Source of the DNA: Candidatus Omnitrophota bacterium
GTDB taxonomy: Bacteria > Omnitrophota > Gorgyraeia > Zapsychrales > JANLHA01
DNA length: 64,000 nucleotides
Direction: 5' to 3'
Assembly (NCBI GenBank): GCA_038222225.1
Contig: JBBRHV010000001.1
Span: 13,864-77,863, forward strand
The notes under the pieces were generated by a model. The model was given only the letters and a program-made list of their open reading frames with translations, ran no database searches and was not told the origin of the DNA. Each line of letters begins with the position of its first letter. Positions within the stretch are counted from its first letter, which is position 1. Shown one piece after another: positions 24,101 through 36,100 of the stretch. A program made the position numbers and the translations under genes.

Positions 24101-27100
24101 CAGCCAAGGGCTTGAAAATTTAAAAACAGACCTAAGGACGGCCGCGAAGGCAGGCTCATTAGGGGATGTCAGGGTAGACGAGATCGATGATGTGGTGAAG
24201 AATTACCGTGAGATCGGAGCTCTCAACGCTTATGGATTGACCTTACCGGGTGTCACAGCGCTTACGGCTGCCGTGGGTATGGCCCAACTTGGAAGAACTT
24301 CGCAAGAACTCTTGGCCGGGTTGAAGAGGGAAGTCGTTCAGGATGTTGCTACCAGAATTGCTTTAAATAATGCCGTGATCGAGCAGCGTGCCGCGGAACA
24401 GGAACGGTATTTTAACGAACATGAACAAGCTCCGACAACACCAGCGTCGGGAGCAGGGGCAGCACCAGGGGCAGCACCAGGGGCAGCACCAGGAGCAGCG
24501 GCAGTGCCAGGAACACCGGCTGCGAATCCAGCAACTCTTTCAGGATCCAATGCAGCAATTCTTCCAGGATCCAGTAAAAAGTTTAATAAAGAGAAGTATT
24601 TGAAGGAACAGGGCTTTATCGATGCGGACAAGCAAGCGGAGATCGTCAGAAGTTATGAACGGTCCTTTGAAGCGCTTGAAGCTAGAACGAATTTGACTGC
24701 TTTGGATATCGCCCAGGCAGCACAAAGTCTTGTGGGTTCTTCGCAGGCAGCGCGTCAGGCATTTAGGCTTGCGATGGATCGTGGCGGATTGCAAGGCGCC
24801 TTACAAGGAGTTACGTATGGTGAGGTGGCAGCATTTTTGCAGGATAGACGATTTGCCGGGACAGAATTCGCGCAATTGGATCAAGACTCCCTCGGGAAGT
24901 TTTTTGGCGACGAAAATCTTTTTGTGGAAGCGGTCCCTGGGCAGCGCGCAGACCGATTGAATCAGGCCGGACAACAGAGGCTGTATGAGGCGATCCTTGG
25001 TTTAGATCAGGGATCTTCACCGGCGCCATCTATGCCGGCTCCCGCAGCAGGCGCCGTTGCTGCACCGGCGGCTGTGACTCCGGAAATGGCTGGCGCACAA
25101 TTACTGCATAGAACGCCTGAGCAAAACGCGCGTATCCAGAAAATCCGTGAGCGGTTAGCAGGCGGAGAGCTCACAGTATACGGAAGCGTTGTCTATGATA
25201 AGGGAACAGGAGGAGCTCTTAGTCCGGAATTTTCCGATGCGGATGGAGCGTATGCTGTATTGATCGATCGTTATGACGGAAAAATTGCTATTGTTGAACA
25301 AAAGGGCGGAACATATCAGATCGATGCTCAGACCAAGATTCTTTTACAGCAGTCACATTATAATCCGAACCAAGAAATTGCCCCTTCTGTTTCAGCGGCC
25401 AAGATGAACACAATATTAGGCCAGAATAAAGTTCATCATCAGCTGGCTGAAGCAAACGCGCTTATCGGCAATATCATACACACACGGATCAGCAAAAAGA
25501 AAACCATTAATCAGGCTGCCGTAGACAAAAACACTGAAGAACTGACAGCCTTATTGGACCAGTTGTTGGAAGCGCAATATGGAGTAGGTCCGGCGAGCGT
25601 TGCGCTTGCCCCATCCGGTCCAGCCCGAACACATGTATTATCAAAATCAAAAGATCCGGCTAAAGATATTGGTGTTAAGTCACAGCCTTTTTCACTGCAA
25701 CTGTCAGGCGTGAGGGTGGGGGTAGCGGGCCAAACAGGGGCGGTCTTCCTTGATCCTTTGATCGAATTGGTCGGCAAGCCCGCTGAGCACGAAAGAGGGT
25801 CGAACACTATTTTTGCCGGGGCCCGCACATTGGGTACAGCTCTCACAGATTTTAAGGATCCGCAGGTTGCCGGCGTTCTCGAGCATGAGGGTGATCATCA
25901 GGACCAGAGATTTGCTTTGAAGCAAGGACAGGCAAGGGGTACTTCGACGGCGTCTCTTGCTAAAGGGATATCTTTGTCGACTAGTTTCTCTTCGAAAATC
26001 ACAAGTCTTGTCGCCCGGATGGGCGGCCGGAGTATTGGAATAGGAGCCCAGCGCTTCGGAAGGCAGATAGGAAGCGCGTATACACATATTTATAATGACC
26101 CGAACGGAAAGCTCCACGCGCAAGGCAGGACAGAAAGCGGTGAAGGCGAGGCTTGGGAAAGGGAAATATCCGGGAAAGTAGATTTGCTGAGGAAAGCAGT
26201 AGACAGTAAAGATTGGCGCAGCGCTCAACGTATGGTGAGAAGCTTGTTGGATGCGAACAGTGTACCGCTGATCCGCAATTTGATGTTGAAACATTCCTAT
26301 CAATGGCGAGAATTGTTGGCAAAAACGCAAGCGGGCACTCTTGGCACAGATTTCGGAATTGTCCAGGTTCCTGGTATGAAGACCGCGGTGGTGGTCTGGC
26401 AGTTTACAGATGGGGAGATAGATGCAGAAACAGGGCGCATAAAAATACAACATCATGCCTTGCCGATCGATGCTTCGGTTATGCAGTTAGCAACACCGGA
26501 AGAAAAGAAGGTAGCGGTCGAGGCGGCCTTGAAACAGATGATTAATGAAAGGGAGCAGCTGGCCGCACGATATAATATGGTGCTGACTGTTTTGGATAAG
26601 GCCCAAAGACAAGGCGTTGAGCTGAGTATGAATCCGGAAACCGGTTTTGCGCTGGGCGCTTTAGCTATGGCGCTCGAAGAGAGTTCAACGACATTGGGGA
26701 ATGCCTTTACGAGCGCCCAAGCAGCCAGCTCAAGCAATAATTTTAACAGTATCAGACAGGAAGAAGGATTGTCTCCTGAGACGCAAGCCCTGCGGGTTGC
26801 GACTGAGATCATGTCCAATTCCCGCCGGATCAATGGCGCCAGTGCCGAATTTACACAACTGGTAGGGCGGGTGGGAGCGCCAGATGAGGTCTTAGAATAT
26901 AATCAGAAGACTGGACGCGGTATTGTTACGAGTAGGTCAGGGGGATTTGAGCTTGTTTCCATCGGCTCAAGCCGTTCATCGGGCCAGATCCGCGATGAAC
27001 GCAGTGCGGTTGATTTTACTGCGCCCTCTGCGACTAAGTATCAGCCTTATGATGAGAGCCGTGCCCGTATTTTTGCTGTTAAGGCTATTCTTTTGGGTGG

Positions 27101-30100
27101 AAATTCCGCGGTTTCGGCAACTCAAGCTGCTCCGGCGCAAGGCGCTCGGGGAGTTCTTATCGGGATTTCAAAAGCTGCCGGAACGGTAATGTCAGCTCTT
27201 TCTTCGGTTGTTTCTTTTTCCTCCACACCGGAGGAATTTGCAAAATATACATTAGGCCGCCAGGCTAATGAAGGAAGCACAACAGCACAAAAGATTTTAG
27301 CAGGTGAGATGCCGCTTCAGTTAAGCGGCACAGCAGCGATTGTTCCGGCCGGATCAGATGCGGCAGTAACCCAGCCGACACCGCGAGCCGCGATCAATGG
27401 AGCATTTAGAGATAGCCAGCCGGTGAATGCGGAACTTTTGGCCGCGTATAATTCAACGGCAGACCGCCCGATCGCGATTCCGCAAAATTATGTTAAGCAG
27501 GGCGAATTTTTAGTTCCTGTAGTAGCAGTTGCAACAACAGGTGCAGCAACATCATTAACCGGCACAGCGGCTGTGTCTACGCCTGTAGCGACATTGCCGG
27601 AAGCAGCGTTACCGCAAGATTTAGGCACGTCGACATCAGTGCAGACATTGCCGGTGCTACCAGTTCTTCAGACGGTTACAACAGGGATGCCGTTAGCCGT
27701 CAATCTGGATGCAATGAAGGTGGAAGACCAGCTGGCGCGCGCACGAATTGAGAATATCACCCAGAGCGGTGATTTAGGGGCAGCTAAGGCCGTGGGCACA
27801 GCTGCATCAAATAAAGAACAACCAACAAGCGTGTCTCAGTCAGCACAAAAACCTTCCGGGCATGGCGGGGTTGAGACACGCACCGTAAATTCAGCGGTGA
27901 TCCTGGATGCGGCGATGAGCGCGAGACCTGATTCCAATCAGGTGCTCGCCACACGCCGTGCAGACGGGACCGTCGTTTCAGTTATAAATCCGAACACGAA
28001 AGCCGTTGAGATCGCCGGAGTGAGCTTGCAGCCTGGCCAGGAAGCGTTGATGGCGCAGGAGCCGGCGACACAAGAGTATAAGGCGATCAAGGTAGAGAGA
28101 AAAGAAGCAGCCGGCCAAACACAGACAGTTGTGAGTGAAGCGGTGACGATCGGAAATATTCAATTAGCCAAGGGAGATCTGGTTGAGTATGCGGATAACG
28201 GAGCGATCAGGATCTTAGATCAGGTAACGCCGCAGATCGTTAAGGCCGAGGTAGCCGGAAGCCTGCGCGGCGATATTCAGCCGAATGCGACCAAGCAGGT
28301 TGCTGTTGAGAAAATCTTTGGTGATTTGAAAGTTATGAAAGCCGATGTGGCTGTTGCGACCGGAGAGACCAAGACGTTGTATGTAGAGCCGACGGCAACA
28401 GTGCAGAAAGCCTTCCCGGGACGTAAGGCAGATTCAAATGGCATGATCCAGCTAAAGGCTGAAGAAGTGGAGGCCGCGTTTAGTTTGGCAAAGACCGGCA
28501 TCATTAATATAGAGAAGACACGCAGAGATCTGAATCAGGCGGTTGTTGTTCAGGCAGAAAATCGCGGAGAGATTAAGGTTTTAGCACAGGCCCCGAAGGT
28601 TTATCAGCAGGCAGTTGAAGCAGCGCGTGAGGATTTACGAAGCCAGTTGCGGATCGCGCAGGCCAAGGCACAGGACAGCAAGGGCGAAGAAGAGAAAGCA
28701 CAATTTGAAACACAGGTCAGTCAGATTGCCAGTGAATTAACTTTGTTACGCGATGAGAATGTTGTTGTCTTAGATGCCCCGCAAGCACAAGTTCAAGCAT
28801 ACCGCAGTGAAGCCAAAGCCACACAATTAAAACCCGAACAAGCCGTTGCTGTTGATCTTGCGTTAAATGAACGCGTGGAAGGCGGTTTTGTGGATAACAC
28901 AGGCCGTGTTGTTGTGTTTGCTGACACAGCAGAGCGGAATTTTGATTTTGCGGTCAAAACAGAGCAGGTGAATTTGATCCAGCAGAGTGTCGCGAAACGG
29001 GTGGCGGAGACAGTTAAACATGAAGTGGCAGCGGCAGCAAATCAATATGAAACAGATGCGGCCAATATTGAAGGAACGCGGACACGGATCGCGACATTAG
29101 CTCTTCCGACGCAGGCGAGCCTGACAGGGCGCGAAGGCGATAAGACCGAGGTGGCAGACGCTTCCAGCATCACCGCTCTGTTAAGCGGACAGACACATGA
29201 GATCAGTACGCCGGTTCAAGCAACAGCGCAAGCGATTGGGACTGCCGGCGCTCCGGCGGTTCAGAACAGAACTGTGAAAGCCATGAAAGATTTAGGCGAA
29301 GCAGAAGCCGGAAAAGTTTTTGCGCAGATCAAAACGCTTAATGAAAATCTGACGGCTGAGGGCGTCTCTGGCTTTGAAAATATGGCCCAGAATATTGAGG
29401 GCTGGGATTGGATGGATAGGGTTAAAAACCAAGGGTTTAATTTTGTTTCCAGAGATCAGCAAGGGAATCTGCGCGGCTACATGGTGGCTGCGCCGGTTCA
29501 GGATATCAGTGCGGAAAAAGGGATTGAAGATTATGTTTGGATTAACTTGTTTGCTGTGGATAAAGATGTCCGCGGACAAGGCGATGCCAATCAATTGATG
29601 ATGGAAGTGGCCCAGCGTGCCGCAAACCAAGGCATTCCTGAGATCCGCTTGGGTGTCTTCAATGATAATCCTGCCGCACGAAAAGTATATGAACAGCGTT
29701 ATGGTTTTTCGCCTTTGAGGGAAAATGAAAATAATGGATGGGATCTTAAGGTTCAGACCAAAGATTTGTTGGCCACAACACAAAGCCTAGTTGCTCAGCA
29801 GAGCGTTGCAAACCAGACAGCGGTATCGGTTCAAGTGGCAACAATGGCAGCAGCGCCAGCCACGAATGCGGCAACACTGAGCGCACCGGAAATGTCACGG
29901 CTGCCGTTTCAGACGGTTGATGCGTATCGTGTTGATCGCGGCATTGTTGTTGTGGATGGAACGCCCTGGGAGAGTGTTTTAGGGGGCGCTTCAACGATTC
30001 AAACGAATGCCGCGGTTCTTCAAGCAGCAAAAGTTGCAGAGGAGTTCGAAGGAAAAGCGATTGAGTTTGCCGATTCTCAGGGGCTTGTCAGGAGGTTTGT

Positions 30101-33100
30101 TGTTCGGGCGCAAACACAGAGCATGACCAGTCCGGATCAAAAGGGTCTTGTGAATATTCGTTTGGAAGATGAATCCGGACGAAACACAGAAAGCCCGGTC
30201 ATGACTGTCTATGTGGAGCCCAACGGAAGGCTTCAGGTCAGCTCTGATTTGATCAATGCCAATGAAGACACGCTTGATGATTTAGGAACGCGCTTAGCAG
30301 TTGTTGGTGAAGGCGCAGGCCGCCAGGTTCAGTTTATGACTTCAACCGGCGAAGTGAAGACTGTTGTTGAAAAGGCAGATCAGGAGTTGGCGGACAACGA
30401 AATCAATGTTTCGGGTGTTATTGGAGAAACAAAAATAGGGCGTCTTAATAATGCCATGGGATTTGACCGGTTTGAGATTGTGAGCAGCGACGGCACACAA
30501 AGCGGAATTGGCGCGTTTGAGAGGATTGTTTCAGAAAATAATCAGAGCGCAGTTACGGCAAGCTCAAAGGCCACATTTAAATTAAGAGCGGAAAAAACGG
30601 ATTCGTCAGATTCCCGTATGGTTCCGCAAGTGGTTGCGCCGGCAGAAACACAACAAACAGATAATGCCAGGATCAATTACCGTTATCCGAAATCAGTGTC
30701 CGCAGGATTCGGTCGCGTTCAAACTTTTGCAGCGAAAGAAAAAATTTCTTTGGCAGCTCATCAAGCCAATAGCGGTGAGGGCGATTTTAAACAAGTGCAT
30801 GTTATTGCATCTGATGCGGCAGATCCGAGAATGCAGGCAGAAATGATGGCGCGTGCAGCACAGGCGGCAACGACCAATTCCGCTGTTTTGGTGTTTGACG
30901 CTACAGATACCGAATCTCCGTTCAAGGCTGTCGAGATTCAAAACGGAGAAGTTCGTTACCGCAATGTTCAGCCAAACGAGATTGAGAGCGGGACAGTGGT
31001 CGTCGCTAATCCTCGTTTGAACGTCGCTGCAGCATTCAAGCCTTCTCTTGAGGCAACGCGCCGCTTGGTGAAGCAGGGGAATGTCATTATTGATCCGGAT
31101 GTCTTTTCAGTTGAATATGATGCGGCTGGTGGAACGCAGCTAACAACAGGATCTGTGGTTGAAATTTCCGCGCTCGAATCATCCAAAATGCATGCGGCAA
31201 GCATTCCTCCGGCACAGGCCCGTTTGATGAAGCGCGTCCGTATTGTTTTAAATGTTGAGAATGGGACCATCTTTTCACGCGAGGCTTTTGTTGATTCTCG
31301 CATTAGCCAATATCAACCGCAGGAACAGCAGAATTTTAAAGATGTGATCTTTGTTTTAGCGCAGGAAAATGCGTTCGATTATGTTCAGATTGATGATTCC
31401 AGCGCCAGCAGCATGCGGACTGAAATCATCCACACTTCTGACGGGTTCAATGTCCTTGTGATCGGCGCTGGTTATGCAAGAACGGACATGAATTTGATTC
31501 AGGATATTGGTAAGGAAGCTGATAAAGATCAAGGGTTTGTTGCACGGGCCGTAAGCGGCGCGTCCGATTGGCTGACACGCATCAAACCGTCCACGGTCCG
31601 GAGTGAAAGAACCGCGGCGGATATTATGGCACGCCGTCAAAATTTAACGATGAATCAAGCTCCGCTCATATCAAAGAAGGAAGCAGCGGCTATGGTTGGG
31701 TCAGGGCAAATTCCCAGTTGGAAACAGGCCGTTGCGAATTTAGACGCGGAAAGGCCAACGACAGGGACCGGCCGAATCACGAATATTGCATCAGATCTCA
31801 AGGCGGCGACGCAAGCTAATTCTGCGGCTTTGAAGTCTTCTCAGAATGATATGCCGGCGGCAATCTCCACGAATGCGGCATCATTAAACACAGGCGCTGA
31901 TCAAGCGGAACGTTCAAGCAATCCAGAAATAGGCACCAATGCCGCTATAACGAGGGATCAGACGCCTCAATTCAGTTATACTCCGGGCGCGGCATTAGAA
32001 GATGAGACGCTCAGCGGGACACTGGATTCCGGCATATTGAGGTTTGATTCAGGCAAAGCCATATTGCCTGTTAATGGCGGTGACCAGAATGACATTTTCG
32101 AGGTCGCTCCAAATGAGATTGTCCGGGTAGCGCATGTTGCCAATCGCGAATATTCTGAAGCTCAGATCAAAACATTAGAGCGGGCACAGGAAGCAGGCAT
32201 TGTCCCCGCTATTACTGAGATCGGACGGGTTTCCGGACGGCAAGGCACATGGCATCAATATGCCCGTTTGGCTAAAGTCTCTGGGGATAATCTCATGATC
32301 TCGGTTTTAGATGAAAACCGCCAGCTGACAGATGAGGAAGCGGATAAGGTGATCCGTTTTGTAGATAAAGGCATCGATGCAGGATATATTTTTGAATTTA
32401 AACCGTCTTCTCTTATGACAGCGGCCAATGGCGAATATGTGACGGTTGATGTTGATCCGATTGAGGTTTCTGCGCAGACACCGCAACGAGAAGCAGCCGA
32501 AATATATTTAGATCTTTACCGCCAGAAGTCATCCTGGAGAGTGATGGATCCGCAGGGTCGCATCGGTGCGCATTTAGAAAAACGCGTACAGCTGCAGCAG
32601 GCCAATGCGGGTAGCGGCGATTCTTCGAGCGGCGTTAATTCAGCTGTGTTAAGTGATCAAAAGCGGCCGTCTATTGAGGCTATCCCAACGCGCGGTCAGA
32701 ATGTCCTGGATTTGATCAAGAGAGCAGCAGATCAAGTGAATTGGCTGAAGGTTAGATTAACGGCTTCTGACAGATCAGACCGGGCTGTTGAGCGTGCTCA
32801 GGATAGAAGAGAGCAAGGCGTTAAACGGGCAGCGACAAGGACAGCTGTTCCATCCACAAATGCAGCAGGAAAGACAATACAGCGTCCGTCTAAAGTTGGT
32901 TCAGTTGTTGTCGGGATCGCCACCAGCACAAAGAATCCGATGGATGCAGAGGCATGGCGACCATTTATGGAAGGGAAGATTAAAGCCGGAGATCAGGCCG
33001 CGATTGCTGAATATGTCGGGTTGTTTTTATCTGGGGATGCCAATTGGGTAGAGTTCCGTCGACTTGTTGAAGAAAGTGAAGCCGCGATAGCAAGAGGAGA

Positions 33101-36100
33101 TACAAACGGAGCTGTTCTGTCTCAGGAGACTGTAGATATTTGGGCTCCGGTTTTAGCGCAAGTCCGTGTTAAAGAAGCGGAGTTGGCTCAGCAGGGGGGA
33201 ACCAGCGCGACCGTTTTGGGCAGCTCAGCATTGGCCCGTAGTGTCCAGTCATTGTTAACGGTCGGCATGCTCGTTCAGGGTATCTCCGGGTTTAATGTTG
33301 GCGCCGCAGAGGCCATTTCTGATTCAGTGAAAGTAGAAATGGCCGCAGATGCCCGTTTAAGAGACGAACTCCAGCGCGCGATGCAGGAGTTTGACAAAAT
33401 TGAACAAAAATATTCGCTTAAACGTGAATTTAAGCCAGGCCTACATATTATTGGTGATTACGATGATGCAAGGCCAACGCTAATCTTGATTCATGGTGGA
33501 TTCTCGAAACCGGATGCGTTCGAGAGATTTGCACCATACTTTAGAGAACAATTCAACATTGTTGTCTTTTCGTATAGCTCCGCGGATCGATTGGAACGTA
33601 CTGGAGAGATCTTCCGGGCAGATTATGAGAGAATGTTTAAAGGAAGTCGTTCGAAGAAGATTATTGTTACGCATTCATTCGGTAGTACGGCCTTTATGAG
33701 AACAATGCTCGATGCAAGCCCTGAATTTAAAGCCCAATTAAAGAAGACCGCTAAGGTGTTTATGTTGTCTCCGGCGTTCTTCGGATCTGCCCGTGTAGGA
33801 ATTGGCGGCAACTGGGTTGTTCAAGGCCAATTATGGCTGGGTTCGCTTGGTGGAGCGTTCGACTTTATGGAAGCGACGCGCAGACAGGCGCGATATAACG
33901 ATCCAAAGGGCAAGACTACGGCAGAATTATATAAACGATATCAAGAATTTAAGGATCTGTTTGATCAAGAAGTGGAAGTGATCGCTTTAACGAACGATTC
34001 TCATGCTCCGAAACGTCAGGAAAGTATTTTAGGTCAACGGTATCAGGAGATTATTGTTGAGGGCGGAACACTGTTACCGGCTGAAACAGATGTTGGACAT
34101 TCTGAGATCCTGCGTCGTAGAGATGTAGCAGAGACGATTATTAAGAAGGCTTTAGAAGATGATGCGAAGGGCGCCACCAATCCAGCTGTTTTGTCTGCTG
34201 ATACAAGGGCTCAGGAAGAAGGAGAACGCGGAATTGAAGTAGAGTTGCCTAATCTTCCGCAGCCGGATATAAATCCAACAATTCTGCCTGACACATCAAG
34301 TCAGCCGTTGCCGATTCAGCTTAATCCGGGCATGTTGCCGATCTATATATTAGGGAAAGCAGACACGTCAAGGCCGGTTCCGTTTGGACGGGATAGTGAA
34401 AGAGACTCTAAACAAACGCCTGTCATTCCTGCTACCGGAAGCCAGTTGCCGCTTCCTCTTATACCGGCAGATGGCGGAACTCCGGGTTCTGGTCCTTCGG
34501 GTACAGGATCAAGGGCCAATTCAACAGCATTTGTGGTCTTAGCGCGCAATATTTTGCCTTCTTCTAAGGACGAAGTGCGTATTGCACCCAATAATTTGAG
34601 TCAAACTCAAGGAGATTTTGAGATAACAGATATTCGAATGGCCAGTCGCAAGAATTGGACTGGTACCGGACTTAGTCCAACGGCAAGGGCATCTGCCGAC
34701 CACTCCACAGTGGTTCAGGCAGACGGAGTAGTAGAGTGGATCAGACTTACAGTTGGGACTGTTGTAGAAGTAGTGGTATTTGACAATGTGGCTAACTTGT
34801 TGAGCAACACTAGCTTAAGTGAAGTGGCGCTTGACGAGGGAGAAGCAGGTGTGTGGACTGTGCGCCTCGGCGCGAACCGCACGCGAGCAGTAGAAGGATA
34901 CGTTGTAGACGTAGAAGTAGTGGTAGCTGTAGAAGCAGAAGCACAAAGTGTGACTGACGGATTGAACTCGGCTATCTTAGGTGGCGTAACGACAGATAAG
35001 GGAGAAACAGAAGCACAGTCTGTACGCGCGAGCGTAGAAAATGTGCAACGTACTGGAATAGTTGTAAGCAACAGAAGCAGCAGTAGTATTAGAGGGAATC
35101 GTTCTTTGAGGGGTCATGATATCGCAGGTCGCGGCATTCTGGTTGTTGCTATTCAGTCTCGGGCTCTGCTTGAGGCCGGAGAAGGCATCTTGAATGTAGT
35201 AAGCGGCTTAGGTACCAAGATCCTGGTTAGTGCAGCTAAGATGGGCAGCAATGTTGTAACAGGTGTCAAACAGGGTTCTAGGAGTGTGGGTTCTGGTAAC
35301 AGAGCAGAGCATTCTAGTCCAGTTGTGATACCTAGAGTTCTTGGAGTACGTACTGGTAGCTCACGCAGTGTCAGTCGTAGATCCGGGAATCGAAATGCCG
35401 AACGTCATAACAGCAAGGTCTTTGGCCGCGCTGTCAGCCGTTTGGTGCGAAGCAGAAGTATTAGAAACATTATTGGAACAGCTGTAAGAAGTAGACGTAT
35501 TCGCTCTGTAGTAAGCCATAGTCGTGAGTCAGGCAGTTCTGCTGAGGGTGAATCCGCTGGATCTGATGCGGATGCTGATGCAGATGGTTCGCGAAGTGTG
35601 GATCAAATTAGTGGAAGTCATGTTGTAGAAGGAAATCGTTCTGTCATCAGTTTAGTAAGTGCGAGCCAAGAAGGAGAAGTGGCTCAAAATGAAGGTTATA
35701 GAGTGCGAAGCCTTCAGAGTATAACCGCCGAATCGAATGCTGCAACACTGGCAAGAGATCAAGCGGCTTCTAGCATTGATGAGAATAGTGTACGAAGAGA
35801 AGTTGTAGAAGGAAATCGCTCTGTCATCAGTTCAGTAAGTGCGGGCCAAGAAGGAGAATTGGCCCAAAATGCAGTTTATGAGGTGCGAAAACTGCGAAAT
35901 GTAACCGCCGAATCGAATGCTGTAACACTGGCAAAAGATCAAGCGGCTTCTGCTGTTACTGGTGATCACAATGTAGACGTCAATCGCTTGCAAGGTGTAG
36001 AAGGTGTAGGCGCTGTATATAGTGAAGTAGGAAGCTCACAGCTCGCAAGAGCTGATTCTGATAATCTTGGGTTGCGCAAAGAAGGAAGAGCGACTCAGGC

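Noticed and set aside
30660-31620. Possible degenerate helicase/SecA-like domain
   Set aside because: Alpha/beta pattern present but no Walker A or DExD motif found; left unassigned
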